A stretch of 64,000 nt of DNA, taken from NCBI GenBank assembly GCA_041537945.1, contig JBGOEK010000002.1, positions 46,005 through 110,004 on the forward strand. The letters are read 5' to 3'. The notes below the pieces were generated by a model that saw only the letters and a program-made list of their open reading frames with translations, had not been told where the DNA came from and searched no databases. Positions 17,131-27,123 of this stretch are shown here, one piece after another. The DNA comes from Candidatus Thermosaccharophagus yellowstonensis. GTDB lineage: Bacteria; Armatimonadota; Fervidibacteria; Fervidibacterales; Thermosaccharophagaceae. Within the stretch, counting starts at the first letter, position 1. Each line of letters begins with the position of its first letter. A program made the translations under genes and the position numbers.

Positions 17131-18123
17131 ATGCTTGATGTGCAATATCTTGGACATGGCAAGGTGGCTGTGCGTGAGTATCCAGAGCCGAAGCCGAGAG
17201 AGGGCGAAGTCATCGTTAAGGTCGAAGTAGCTGCCATATGCGGTAGTGACTTGCATTCCCTTCTATCCGATGCCCCTTTAGAATCGAACACAGGGCATGA
17301 AGCTGTTGGGATCATCGTTGATGCTTCGAGGTCGGCGCTTTGGAAAGAAGGAGATAGGGTGGGAATTTATGCGGTGTGGGGATGTGGCAAGTGCGCTTGG
17401 TGCAACCGTGGCATCTACACATTCTGTGATGAACGAAGAGGCTGTTGTGGATTGCAAACTCAGCTTGTATCAGTCCCAGAGCATGTCCCGTTGCCATTGC
17501 CCGAAGATGTTGACTTCAAAGCTGGCGTTCTCTTAACTGGCGATGGATTTGGCACTCCTTACCATGCGTGTAAACGCATGAACATAGAGGCTGGCGACTT
17601 CGTCTCTGTTGTGGGCTGTGGTCCAATTGGGCTTGGGTGCACGCTATTCCTCGCATATAGCGGTGCACGAGTCATAGCAATTGATGTGCGAGATGAGAGG
17701 TTGAGATACGCAAAAGAGCTTGGTGCTGAATTCACCATCAATGCGGTATCACAAGATGTTGTCAGCATCGTGAGGGATATAACTTCTGGCGCTATGTCTG
17801 ATGGCGTAGTGGAAGCGTCGGGGCGTCCCGAGGGCTTCAAATTGGCTATGCAACTTGTGGGTAAAGGCGGTAAGGTGGCTTGCATAGGCGAGAACAGGGA
17901 AGTGACGGTGAACATAGGTCAGCTCATCCGAGGCGACATAACTGTCTTCGGAAGCTGGTATTACCACAGATACGAATACTGGGAGATGCTCAGGCTATAC
18001 AGAAGGGGCTTGGATGTGCGCAAGCTCATATCGCACGAGTTCAAGCTCCAAGAGGCGCAAAAGGCTTTTGATGAGTTCGTCGAAGGCAGAACTGCGAAAG
18101 TCATCCTGAAGCTGTGGGAGTAG
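17131..18123 (+). CDS. Zinc-dependent medium-chain alcohol/polyol dehydrogenase (threonine/sorbitol dehydrogenase-like)
   Basis: CGSDLH, GHEAVGIIVD, the structural-zinc Cys cluster GCGKCAWCNRGIYTFC, and the Rossmann motif VVGCGPIGLG. Confidence 0.88.
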   Translation: MLDVQYLGHGKVAVREYPEPKPREGEVIVKVEVAAICGSDLHSLLSDAPLESNTGHEAVGIIVDASRSALWKEGDRVGIYAVWGCGKCAWCNRGIYTFCDERRGCCGLQTQLVSVPEHVPLPLPEDVDFKAGVLLTGDGFGTPYHACKRMNIEAGDFVSVVGCGPIGLGCTLFLAYSGARVIAIDVRDERLRYAKELGAEFTINAVSQDVVSIVRDITSGAMSDGVVEASGRPEGFKLAMQLVGKGGKVACIGENREVTVNIGQLIRGDITVFGSWYYHRYEYWEMLRLYRRGLDVRKLISHEFKLQEAQKAFDEFVEGRTAKVILKLWE

Positions 18124-18131
18124 AGAGCCTC

Positions 18132-20399
18132 CTAACGCCCTATGGCGACATTCCATCCTTCAAGCAATTCCTTGTGCCTTATGCTTATCCGAGGCTTGCC
18201 TTCCGAAGGACGCAACTCAATCGAAGGTATCCTCTTTGAAGCCCAGTCGGAAAACTGTGGCAAAGGTATAACCACATTCTCGAACAGAGGTTGGATAACG
18301 ATTTTCCTCTCCAAGGCGTTGAAAGAGATGCCACCGATGGCGAGGATGTAGCAGACGACAGCCATGCCCCTTGGGTAGTAACGCAAACTGCTGTAGCCAG
18401 TATCGTAATTGTATGAATCCACGAAAGCGCCTCCAGTCGTCCTATTGAGCGTCCATTGCAAGCTCCAATATGAGCGTGCGTTCTTGACCATATCCATGCC
18501 AAGGTATGCTGCAATGCAATCACGCCATATGTTCTGGCTAATGAATGTCGTCACATCAACGCTTGTGTGAGTTGAGCTATAGCCCCTCCATGTCGCTTTG
18601 GTTGAGTTGATGATGTCGATACGCATGCGTTGCACATCCACCTGAGGGCTAACGCCAACGATGAGCGGTAACAGCCAGCCGTTTGCTGTGTAGATTGAAT
18701 AAGCGTCCCAACCAGGGATTGCCCTGTCAATGCTGACTGGGTAATGGTCTCCGAGCCATGCCTTCTTCATCGTTGCCGTTATCTTCTCCAAGGCGCTCTG
18801 GCACTCCTTTGCTGTTTTGAAGTCGCCGACAAAGCGAGCCATCTGCCAGACAGCCTGATATGTCGCTGCCATCTTCATGGCAAGGTATGTTTGCTCAGGG
18901 GCATGTTGCGTCACATAGACAGCTTGGTCGATTGTGTTGCTCGTGCCAATGTTTGGGAAACCGTTGCCATCGGTGTCGGTTGAGAGGAGGTATTTAACGA
19001 GCTCTACGACAACATCCCACCACCCTTTCAGCAAACCATGCTTTGCGGTGCTCGCCCAGAGTGAGAAAAGCATGAGCAAGAAATTGGTGTTCTCTTCGAC
19101 TGGCATATCGTGGTAGTAGCTCATCCCATTTGCGACGAAGCCCATACCCATGTCGTGCCTTATGATGCCACCCCTACGGTAGGCACTCCACTCATCGAGC
19201 AACATCTCGAGCAGTTCGTTCCAATAGAGCAAGTAAAAGGGCGAGATGTTGTATTCAACATCAACTGTTGAGTTAAACAAGCCTCCACCACCCTCAAGCA
19301 CGGAGAACCATTGCTTAAATGGTGGCTCCCTCTTCAAGCCCATCGAGGTGGCAACATCCTCAGCGGGCAAAAGCCATAGCGCGTTTGAGGCGTAGCTTTG
19401 GAAGGCAAGCGAGATGAGCATCTTGAGCGCGTCATCTTCAACTGGATCAAGCAATGTCCTTTCAAACAGCTCCGTGCGTGAGCACAGCTCCTCAGCGTTC
19501 ACGAGCGCATAGTTCATCACTTCGTTAACATCGCCAAATAGGTGAGCATACTTGAACCTGTATGGATAGCCTTTGGCTTTGAAGAAGGCATCTCTTGAAT
19601 AGCATGCGAGCACCAGCATGCTTCTCTCATCGCTGTTGGGTTGCAGTTTAAAAGTGCGTCTGAATGTGAGCATCGTTTTACCGCCGAGACGCATGAGCTC
19701 AACATCCCAACCTTTGCCTTTCACTCCCTCATGTGCTTTGAACACACCCTGCGTCTCAAACACTGCCACGCCGTCACCCATGTGAAGCGTTGCGAGCTGT
19801 CTCGCATTCAACTCCCTGCCATATACGAGCTCACCGTGCAGAGGTTCTTCTGAGCAATTCTCAACGACGAACTCAACGATGAATGCGGGTAGTAGCGTTG
19901 TCCTTTCATCCTTCGGATAGAATGGCGATACGAATTTCAGGTTGAGTCTCATGGGGGGTGATTTCAAGCTTGCCCTCCAAATCAATTTGCACGGTGTGAT
20001 AGTCTGGTTGACCGCATCGAAGTTGGAGAACTCAAGTCGCGAGAACGGGAGCGAGTATAGTTTCCCAGCCACCCTCACACCGATGATGACATCGATGCGC
20101 TCATCATAGAAGCGCCCGCATGGCGACTGATACCAGCTGTTCTCCTGCGGACGCATATTTATGCAGTAGCGCGAGCCGAAGCGGGAAATGAGCGTCTCAA
20201 ATGTGTTCCCGATGGGCTGAGGTAGCCCAGCACAAACTGCAACTTGCTTTTGGCATGCAAAGAACACGACAAAGAGATACACGAGCAGTTTAACGGACAT
20301 AAGTTCAAGCGTTCCCTTCAACACTTTGAGAACATCATTAGGCAGGTAGACGAGCGTAGCAAGAGATACTTTGTTCACCGAGAAGTTCACCCTCCTCAA
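18132..20399 (-). CDS. Putative (alpha/alpha)6-barrel glycoside-hydrolase-like protein (GH52/GH116/glutaminase-A-like), N-terminal signal/anchor
   Basis: 755 aa. TVDVEYNISPFYLLYWNELLEMLLDEW and NTNFLLMLFSLW...DTDGNGFPNIGTSNTIDQA resemble conserved blocks of (alpha/alpha)6 glycosidases. Family assignment is from memory only. The start is uncertain (TTG 20399, GTG 20378 or ATG 20300). Confidence 0.45.
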   Translation of the reverse strand: MRRVNFSVNKVSLATLVYLPNDVLKVLKGTLELMSVKLLVYLFVVFFACQKQVAVCAGLPQPIGNTFETLISRFGSRYCINMRPQENSWYQSPCGRFYDERIDVIIGVRVAGKLYSLPFSRLEFSNFDAVNQTITPCKLIWRASLKSPPMRLNLKFVSPFYPKDERTTLLPAFIVEFVVENCSEEPLHGELVYGRELNARQLATLHMGDGVAVFETQGVFKAHEGVKGKGWDVELMRLGGKTMLTFRRTFKLQPNSDERSMLVLACYSRDAFFKAKGYPYRFKYAHLFGDVNEVMNYALVNAEELCSRTELFERTLLDPVEDDALKMLISLAFQSYASNALWLLPAEDVATSMGLKREPPFKQWFSVLEGGGGLFNSTVDVEYNISPFYLLYWNELLEMLLDEWSAYRRGGIIRHDMGMGFVANGMSYYHDMPVEENTNFLLMLFSLWASTAKHGLLKGWWDVVVELVKYLLSTDTDGNGFPNIGTSNTIDQAVYVTQHAPEQTYLAMKMAATYQAVWQMARFVGDFKTAKECQSALEKITATMKKAWLGDHYPVSIDRAIPGWDAYSIYTANGWLLPLIVGVSPQVDVQRMRIDIINSTKATWRGYSSTHTSVDVTTFISQNIWRDCIAAYLGMDMVKNARSYWSLQWTLNRTTGGAFVDSYNYDTGYSSLRYYPRGMAVVCYILAIGGISFNALERKIVIQPLFENVVIPLPQFSDWASKRIPSIELRPSEGKPRISIRHKELLEGWNVAIGR

Positions 20400-20606
20400 G
20401 CGCCAAACGGTTTTGACGCTTGAAAGCTTTTCATCAAACCCATCTCACTTGTCCCATGTCACTTGTCCCCATCGGCTAAAGCAAATGGCGCCTCTCATTT
20501 CAAAGCGAGCGCTTTCTCAACATAAGATAACTCACCAGCATGGTTTCATGGAAGTCGGCTTGCGCCACAATTTCAATCAGGTTGGCATGAGCAAAATATA
20601 CAATTT

Positions 20607-21590
20607 GTGGTGATGCCGATGGGTAGCGCATACAAACTCCCGTTTGAAGCCGAGCTTGATGCGATTGAGGAAGAGCTGAACAAGTTGCTATCTGGGCAAA
20701 GCCCGCCAGATGAAAAAGCAGTTGAAGAGCTCAAGAGGAAGATGCAAGAGATCATTTCAAGCCTAAGCCCATACGACAGGGTTCTCCTCGCACGCCACCC
20801 AGATAGACCATACGCACTTGATTACATCAACGAAATCTTTGACGACTTCATTGAGCTTCACGGCGACAGGTGTTATGGAGACGATAAAGCCATAGTGGCG
20901 GGATTGGCGTGGCTTGATGGACAACCTGTTGCCGTCATAGGACAGCAGAAAGGAAGAGACGCAAAGGAAAGGCAGGAACGCAATTTCGGGATGGCTCACC
21001 CAGAGGGCTATAGGAAGGCGATAAGGGTGATGAAGCTCGCCGACAAGCTAAATCGCCCCATCATTACGCTCATTGATACATCTGGAGCAGCGTGCCTTGA
21101 TGAAGCTGAGGCTCGCGGGATATGTTGGGCTATAGCTGAGTCGCAGATGGTCATGTCAATGCTCGGCGTACCCACGATAGCTGTCATAATTGGCGAGGGT
21201 GGAAGCGGTGGGGCGATAGCCATAGGCGTTGGAAACAAAGTGCTGATGATGGAATACGCGATGTATTCGGTCATACAGCCTGAGAGTTGTGCTGCGATCA
21301 TATGGCGTGATGAGAGCAGAGCTCCAGAGGCTGCAAAGGCTCTTTGGCTTACAGCGCCAGAAGCTCTTAAGTTGGGCGTGATAGACGAGATAGTCAAAGA
21401 ACCTCTCGGGGGCGCACACCGCAACTTGAAGGAAGCTGCTCAGAACCTCAAAGAAGCGCTCGTAAGAGCTCTGGACGAATTCTCAAACATGCCGCCAGAT
21501 GAGCTACGCAAGCACCGCTACGAGAAATTCCGCTCAATGGGCGTTTACTGGGACGGCGAGAGGTTCGTAAGCTGTATGATCAGCGATTGA
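20607..21590 (+). CDS. accA: Acetyl-CoA carboxylase carboxyltransferase subunit alpha
   Basis: LARHPDRPYALDYINEIFDDFIELHGDRCYGDDKAIVAGLAWLDGQPVAVIGQQKG...NFGMAHPEGYRKAIRVMKLADKLNRPIITLIDTSGA...GEGGSGGA. Confidence 0.93.
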   Translation: MVMPMGSAYKLPFEAELDAIEEELNKLLSGQSPPDEKAVEELKRKMQEIISSLSPYDRVLLARHPDRPYALDYINEIFDDFIELHGDRCYGDDKAIVAGLAWLDGQPVAVIGQQKGRDAKERQERNFGMAHPEGYRKAIRVMKLADKLNRPIITLIDTSGAACLDEAEARGICWAIAESQMVMSMLGVPTIAVIIGEGGSGGAIAIGVGNKVLMMEYAMYSVIQPESCAAIIWRDESRAPEAAKALWLTAPEALKLGVIDEIVKEPLGGAHRNLKEAAQNLKEALVRALDEFSNMPPDELRKHRYEKFRSMGVYWDGERFVSCMISD

Positions 21591-22296
21591 AACGCGTTGT
21601 GCGTTTGCTTTGCCGTTTCAACCTCCAATAGAGACAGTATCGCCTCAACGAGCAAAGATGACAAAGTGGTTCCCTTGCCCTGCATACCTTACGCCCATGC
21701 TCTATCAAGTTGAGGTGCAGTTGATATTTGAGCTTGCTTGGTATAACCTCGTCAAGGTAAGCTTGGGCTTCTGTGGCGTCCTTTTCCTCGCCAACTATCC
21801 CGAGGCGCTTCGTTATCCTCAAGATGTGCGTGTCCACAGGGAACACGGGTTTGCCGAAAGCAAACAACAAAACACATGCAGCTGTCTTAACGCCAACCCC
21901 GTGTAACGATGTGAGGTATGACATGGCGCTTTCAACATCCATACCTTCAAGTTGATCAAGCGATAGCTTTCCGAAGTCATTCATGATGCGCTTGAGGCAT
22001 GATTTTATGCATCGTGCTTTCTGCCTGCTAAGCCCAGCAGGGCGTATCGCCGCCTCAACTTCTTCGTCCGAAGCAGTCATCACATTTTCAAAGCTACCAA
22101 ATCGCTCGAGCAACCTTCTATAGGCTACTTCCGATGCTTTATCGTTCGTCTGTTGAGAGAGGATTGTGCGGATGAGTATCTCAACTGCTCCCCCACATCT
22201 GCGCCATCTCTTTCGACCGTAGCTTATGGAAAGCAACCTGTCCAACTCGCTCATCAGCGTCTTCATCTTGCCACTACGCTTTTGAAGCCTTGCCAT
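21580..22296 (-). CDS. nth: Endonuclease III family DNA glycosylase (HhH-GPD with C-terminal 4Fe-4S cluster loop)
   Basis: ILIRTILSQQTNDK, the HhH motif LTSLHGVGVKTAACVLLFAFGKPVFPVDTHILRI, and the Cys cluster CRAREPLCHLCSLRRYC. The gene converges on accA and overlaps it by 11 nt. Confidence 0.85.
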   Translation of the reverse strand: MARLQKRSGKMKTLMSELDRLLSISYGRKRWRRCGGAVEILIRTILSQQTNDKASEVAYRRLLERFGSFENVMTASDEEVEAAIRPAGLSRQKARCIKSCLKRIMNDFGKLSLDQLEGMDVESAMSYLTSLHGVGVKTAACVLLFAFGKPVFPVDTHILRITKRLGIVGEEKDATEAQAYLDEVIPSKLKYQLHLNLIEHGRKVCRAREPLCHLCSLRRYCLYWRLKRQSKRTTRFNR

Positions 22297-22406
22297 CCTG
22301 AGGCGCTCCCCCTTAAGCTATCGGGACATGATGGCTATCGCTATGATAGTATCGTGAGAGCTTGCCGAAATGCAAGTTTCATCCACCCAACAGGGAAGGG
22401 GTAAAG

Positions 22407-23216
22407 ATGGGCAACAAAACAGCGATGGAATATTCGCGGATGCCTGTCGTGATACTGTGCGGTGGCAAGGGGATGCGTCTTCAGGAGAGGACTTCGTCCA
22501 TCCCGAAAGCTTTGATCGAGATAGGTGGTCGCCCAATACTTTGGCATGTCATGAAGATATTCGCACATCATGGGTTTAACCGCTTCATCCTTTGTCTTGG
22601 ACACCTTGGACACAAGATAAAGGAATTTTTCGCAGAGGGTTACCTATGGCAAGTTGGCGATGTCAGGCTAATGCTTCGTCCACCTCAGGCGAAGCTTGAA
22701 TGGCTAAGCCAAAGCGAAGCTTGGGACATAACATTCGCCCACACTGGCGAGGAAACAAACACTGGTGGACGCATAAAGAGGATTGAGAAGTATGTTGACA
22801 CCGAGAACTTCTTCGCAACATATGCTGATGGTCTCTCCGATATCAACTTGCATGAACTTTTGCGCTTCCATGTCTCGCACGGGCGCATAGCCACCGTTAC
22901 AACTGTCCGCCCGATATCACCTTTTGGCATTCTAACACTCGCCGACGATGGGAGGGTGGTTGAGTTTAGGGAAAAACCGAGGCTTGACCTGTGGATAAAC
23001 GCTGGCTTCTTCGTCTTCAAAAGGGATGTCTTCAAATACTTGGGAGAGAACGACGACCTTGAGAGGGAGACGCTCGTCAAGCTCACCGAGGTCGGTGAAC
23101 TGATGGCATACAAGCATGAGGGCTTTTGGGCTTGCATGGACACATACAAGGACACTCTCATCTTGAACCAGCTCTGGGAAGATGGTAAAGCGCCTTGGAA
23201 GGTTTGGGAGGACTGA
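22407..23216 (+). CDS. rfbF: Glucose-1-phosphate cytidylyltransferase
   Basis: PVVILCGGKGMRLQERTSSIPKALIEIGGRPILWHVMKIFAHHGFNRFILCLGHLGHKIKEFF, then WINAGFFVF and HEGFWACMDTYKD. The ATG at 22407 follows GGAAGGGG. Confidence 0.9.
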   Translation: MGNKTAMEYSRMPVVILCGGKGMRLQERTSSIPKALIEIGGRPILWHVMKIFAHHGFNRFILCLGHLGHKIKEFFAEGYLWQVGDVRLMLRPPQAKLEWLSQSEAWDITFAHTGEETNTGGRIKRIEKYVDTENFFATYADGLSDINLHELLRFHVSHGRIATVTTVRPISPFGILTLADDGRVVEFREKPRLDLWINAGFFVFKRDVFKYLGENDDLERETLVKLTEVGELMAYKHEGFWACMDTYKDTLILNQLWEDGKAPWKVWED

Positions 23217-23230
23217 GGGAAGTGAGCGAG

Positions 23231-24244
23231 ATGGGAAGTTACGAAAGCTTCTGGCACGGGAGATGCGTGTTTGTGACTGGCGCCTCTGGCTTCATAGGCT
23301 CTTGGCTCACAAAAAAGCTTGTGGAACTTGGGGCGCTCGTCATAGCCCTCGTCAGGGAAGTCAACCCTTTTTCACTTTTCAAAAAGTGGCACCTCGACGA
23401 GCATACGATGCTCGTCGTCGGAGATGTTCGTGATGGCGATCTGCTCGAGCGAATTATCACCTCCTACGATGTGAGCGTTTGCTTCCATCTGGCTGCTCAA
23501 TCGCTTGTCGGTGCTGCCAAGGCAACACCATCGGTGGCATTTGATGTGAATGTGCGTGGCACTTGGACACTCCTTGAGGCGTGCAGGAAGGCAAAGAGTG
23601 TTGATTGCATAGTCGTTGCCTCAAGCGACAAAGCTTATGGCGAGCAAGAGACGCTCCCATACACAGAGGGCATGTCACTGCGCCCGACATTCCCATACGA
23701 AACTTCAAAGGCATGCGCAGACCTCATCTCCCAATGCTTCGCCATAACATACGAGATGCCCATCTCAATCATAAGGTGCTCAAATGTTTACGGTGGTGGT
23801 GACCTTAATTTCTCGCGCATCATCCCTGGGACAATAAAGGCTGTTTTGCATGGACAGCGTCCCGTCATAAGGAGTGATGGGACTCCGATGCGGGACTACA
23901 TCTACATTGAAGATGTTGTGAGCGCCTACATATCCTTAGCTCAAGCAACCTGCAAAAGTGGGCTTTGTGGCGAAGCCTTCAACATAGGTCTTGGGAAACC
24001 GATAAGCGTCCTTGAGCTCACGAAGTTGATACTTGACCTATGCGGCGCAAGCGAGCTTGAACCGATAATTGAAGGTGTTGGGAAGCCAATGAAGGAGATA
24101 CGATGCCAATATGTGTCAATTGAGAAGGCGAGGAGCATCTTAGGGTGGTATCCAAAACATGACCTAAAGGAAGGCTTGATCAAGACAATCGATTGGTATC
24201 GTTCCTTCTTCGGCATCCAGAGGGGCACGGGGACATGGGCATAG
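23231..24244 (+). CDS. rfbG: CDP-glucose 4,6-dehydratase (NAD-dependent epimerase/dehydratase family)
   Basis: FWHGRCVFVTGASGFIGSWL, SSDKAYG, and YETSKACADL (YxxxK). It sits immediately downstream of rfbF. Confidence 0.8.
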   Translation: MGSYESFWHGRCVFVTGASGFIGSWLTKKLVELGALVIALVREVNPFSLFKKWHLDEHTMLVVGDVRDGDLLERIITSYDVSVCFHLAAQSLVGAAKATPSVAFDVNVRGTWTLLEACRKAKSVDCIVVASSDKAYGEQETLPYTEGMSLRPTFPYETSKACADLISQCFAITYEMPISIIRCSNVYGGGDLNFSRIIPGTIKAVLHGQRPVIRSDGTPMRDYIYIEDVVSAYISLAQATCKSGLCGEAFNIGLGKPISVLELTKLILDLCGASELEPIIEGVGKPMKEIRCQYVSIEKARSILGWYPKHDLKEGLIKTIDWYRSFFGIQRGTGTWA

Positions 24245-25008
24245 CGCGCGAATGCTCCGATGAACTCAAACAGCTCTCCCCGAAGTTAACCATCGTTGTC
24301 CCAGTTTACAATGAACGCAAGACGGTCTTGAGCATCCTTGAGGAACTGATTCGCTTGCCAGTGCTCAAAGAGATTATCGTCGTGGATAATTGCTCAACCG
24401 ATGGGACGAAGGAGTTGCTCAAGGAGTTTGCTGAGCGCTGGCGTCCAGACAGCATGACAGTCCGCCTTGAGGTTGTCTTCCAACCAACGAACATGCTCAA
24501 GGGAACTTCTGTTAAGCTCGGGATAAAGAAGGCGAGGGGTGAGTATGTGATCGTTCAAGATGCCGATCTGGAATACGACCCGAAGGATATAATCCGCTTG
24601 CTTGAACATGCTGAAAGAACAAATTCGGTCGCTGTCTTCGGGTCACGAATCCTCGGGCGCAGGCTGATGGGCGGTTACAACTGGTTGAACATTTATGAAG
24701 TGGGAAGGAGATTGCTAACACTGTTCTTCCGTCTCCTGTATGGGGCTAAGATCACCGATGTCGCAACATGCTACAAGCTGATGAGGAGCGACGTGGCTAA
24801 GCGTCTGAGGCTTCGTTCCAGAGGCTTTGAACTTGACTTTGAGATACCAGCCCAACTCAGGTTGCTTGGCGTCAAGATAGACGAGCTTCCGATCTCGTAT
24901 AACCCGAGGGGCATCCTTGAAGGTAAGAAGCTACGCCCTTGGGATGGAATAAAAGCGCTCTATGTCATGCTCTCATGTCGCTTCAGGGATAGCCAAAGTT
25001 TGAGGTGA
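24235..25008 (+). CDS. Family 2 glycosyltransferase (dolichyl/polyprenyl-phosphate hexosyltransferase-like)
   Basis: LTIVVPVYNERKTV, VVDNCSTDGT, and VQDADLEYDP (DxD region). The ATG at 24235 overlaps the rfbG end by 10 nt; the track ORF starts at 24193. Confidence 0.85.
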   Translation: MGIARECSDELKQLSPKLTIVVPVYNERKTVLSILEELIRLPVLKEIIVVDNCSTDGTKELLKEFAERWRPDSMTVRLEVVFQPTNMLKGTSVKLGIKKARGEYVIVQDADLEYDPKDIIRLLEHAERTNSVAVFGSRILGRRLMGGYNWLNIYEVGRRLLTLFFRLLYGAKITDVATCYKLMRSDVAKRLRLRSRGFELDFEIPAQLRLLGVKIDELPISYNPRGILEGKKLRPWDGIKALYVMLSCRFRDSQSLR

Positions 25009-25634
25009 AGCTTCCCATGAGGCGCTACATAAGCTTTGTAGCATCGTTGTTTGGCTTGGCACTGCTCATCTCCGTCATAGCCGTCGGGCTGTTCGCGAAA
25101 AGATTTGCTCAAGAAGAGGGGGAGCTCGGCACAGCGAGAGAGACAAAAAGCATGCCATCAATCTCGTGGGAACAACTACTCTCGCAGATTGGTGAACTTA
25201 GGCTGTCTGGCGATAAAATCACTGGTGTGGAAGCCTCCACTGGGAGGAAGTTTGAGATCGGTTTTGAAGAGCTCCTGCATCGCGACGGCATCATCATGCT
25301 CATAAAACCAAAGTGCAGTGTCTTGGGCAAGTGCGGTGTCGATGCAACTATTGAGAGCGGACAAGCATTGCTTTTCCCTCAACAGCGGGTGCTTGAGTTC
25401 GTCGGCGATGTGACATTAAAGTCACTTGCACATGCTGTAACACTCAGATCGGGAAAGGTTAAGTGGTGGTGGGAGAAGGGCAAGGTGATCGCAACAGGCA
25501 ATGTCTTCGTTTCAGCATCTGAAGGGTTGAGCGGTGGCGGTGGGATGGCAACTGCGGATATAGCGCTCGGTGAGATTGAACTCGCAAACAAGCCATACTT
25601 GCAACTAAGCACACGCAGGTTGATCACACGATGA
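25005..25634 (+). CDS. Membrane-anchored LptC-like (OstA-fold) protein
   Basis: An N-terminal TM (ISFVASLFGLALLISVIAVGLF) is followed by a beta-rich region with LEFVGDVTLKS and VIATGNVFV, as in LptC/OstA-like jellyrolls. It lies directly upstream of the lptA-like gene and lptB. Confidence 0.45.
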   Translation: MKLPMRRYISFVASLFGLALLISVIAVGLFAKRFAQEEGELGTARETKSMPSISWEQLLSQIGELRLSGDKITGVEASTGRKFEIGFEELLHRDGIIMLIKPKCSVLGKCGVDATIESGQALLFPQQRVLEFVGDVTLKSLAHAVTLRSGKVKWWWEKGKVIATGNVFVSASEGLSGGGGMATADIALGEIELANKPYLQLSTRRLITR

Positions 25635-26278
25635 GGAAAGGTGAAGCGAAGATGAGGCACACCTATCGTAAACTGTATGCCACAGCATTTGCGGTGTCAT
25701 GGTTGCTTTTCGCCCTGACGATGGGAGCCGTTGAGCTACAAGGTGGCAAGGGAACTAAGCTTGAGCTGATCAAAATCTATTGTCAAGCGAAGAAGGATTC
25801 TTCAATCAAGCTGATGCTCCGCAAGGAGCCGATTGAGGTCATAGCGAAAGGGCAGGCAGTCCTTGAATGGTCACAGGGCAAGATATGGAGTGAGATGATA
25901 ACCGCAAGGCTCTTGAGGAAGGAAGTGAAGGCAAAGGAGACGCTTGGGACGGTTGTGGACGCTGAAGCAGTTGGCAATGTGAGGCTTGAGATGGATCTGG
26001 AAACTGAGGAAGGACAGAAGGCTCATGTCACTGGCTCTTGCAAGCGATTGCAAATTGACCCAAAGGAATCGTTGCTCATCATGACTGGCTCCCCGCAGAT
26101 AACGGTGCGTGGCATATCGCCAGAAATATCACAGGCGCTTGGGAAGGCTGGAAAAATAGTGATGTGGCTTGAGACTGGTGAGCTGTTGTTTGAGCCGGGC
26201 GACGAAGATGTTTTCCCAGAGGTCAATGTGCAAGTTGAGCGCAAGCCTGCTACAAGAGAGGGCGCTGAGAAAAAGTAA
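25631..26278 (+). CDS. Periplasmic LptA/OstA-like protein
   Basis: Signal-like N-terminus (YATAFAVSWLLFALTMGAV). The beta-rich body includes AVGNVRLEMD and LLIMTGSPQITVRG, consistent with OstA_N. It is positioned between the lptC-like gene and lptB. Confidence 0.45.
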   Translation: MRKGEAKMRHTYRKLYATAFAVSWLLFALTMGAVELQGGKGTKLELIKIYCQAKKDSSIKLMLRKEPIEVIAKGQAVLEWSQGKIWSEMITARLLRKEVKAKETLGTVVDAEAVGNVRLEMDLETEEGQKAHVTGSCKRLQIDPKESLLIMTGSPQITVRGISPEISQALGKAGKIVMWLETGELLFEPGDEDVFPEVNVQVERKPATREGAEKK

Positions 26279-26334
26279 CGCTCAAAACAAAGTGATTGAG
26301 TGGCGCCCAGTTCAATTTGAACTGGTGAAAGCCT

Positions 26335-27114
26335 ATGCCGATCTTAGCAGTGTATGATCACCATCCGAGGGCAAATCCTGATGGCACTGATAAGAAGTGC
26401 CTTGAAGGGCACAGGTTGATCAAGCGCTATGGCAGACGCACAGTCGTTGATGGCGTAGATATACATGTCTCACTTGGCGAGATAGTTGGATTGCTCGGAC
26501 CAAACGGTGCTGGCAAGACGACCACATTCTACATGCTTGTTGGATTCGTCAAACCAAACGGTGGTAAGGTCTTCCTGAACGGGCGTGACATAACCAACAT
26601 GCCGATGTATATGCGGGCACGCCTCGGCATAGGCTACCTGCCACAAGAGCCTTCAATATTTCGCAAGTTGACTGTTGAGCAAAACCTTCATGCGGTCTTG
26701 GAGCTTCGTGGCTACGGCAGGCGTGAGAGAAAAGAAATAGTTGAGCAACTGCTTGAGGAGTTCAACTTGAAGGAACTGCGCCATCAACATGGGCAAGACC
26801 TTTCAGGTGGCGAACAGAGAAGGGTTGAAGTTGCGAGGGCATTGGCGCTCTCGCCATCTTTCCTGCTCCTTGATGAGCCGTTCACTGGCGTTGATCCGAT
26901 AGCCGTTGAGGAACTTCAGAGCATAATCCTGAAGCTGCGCGAGAAAGGCATCGGCATACTCATAACAGACCACAATGTCTATCAAACGCTTCGCATCATC
27001 GATAGAGGCTACATAATCCACAAGGGCAAGATACTGACATCGGGGAGCGCAAAGCAACTCTACGAAGACCCAATAGCAAGGCAGTTCTATTTGGGTGAGA
27101 GCTTTAGGATGTGA
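26335..27114 (+). CDS. lptB: LPS export ABC transporter ATP-binding protein LptB
   Basis: Walker A LLGPNGAGKTTTFYMLVGFVKPNGGKVFLNGRDIT, then RARLGIGYLPQEPSIFRKLTVEQNL, the signature LSGGEQRRVEVARAL, and Walker B LLLDEPF. Confidence 0.9.
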   Translation: MPILAVYDHHPRANPDGTDKKCLEGHRLIKRYGRRTVVDGVDIHVSLGEIVGLLGPNGAGKTTTFYMLVGFVKPNGGKVFLNGRDITNMPMYMRARLGIGYLPQEPSIFRKLTVEQNLHAVLELRGYGRRERKEIVEQLLEEFNLKELRHQHGQDLSGGEQRRVEVARALALSPSFLLLDEPFTGVDPIAVEELQSIILKLREKGIGILITDHNVYQTLRIIDRGYIIHKGKILTSGSAKQLYEDPIARQFYLGESFRM

Positions 27115-27123
27115 AGGGGAGAG

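Noticed and set aside
20445-20470. Checked whether short direct repeats here or elsewhere form a CRISPR array.
   Set aside because: There are only two 12-nt units with a 2-nt spacer. No array of 24-48-nt repeats with unique spacers exists anywhere in the window.
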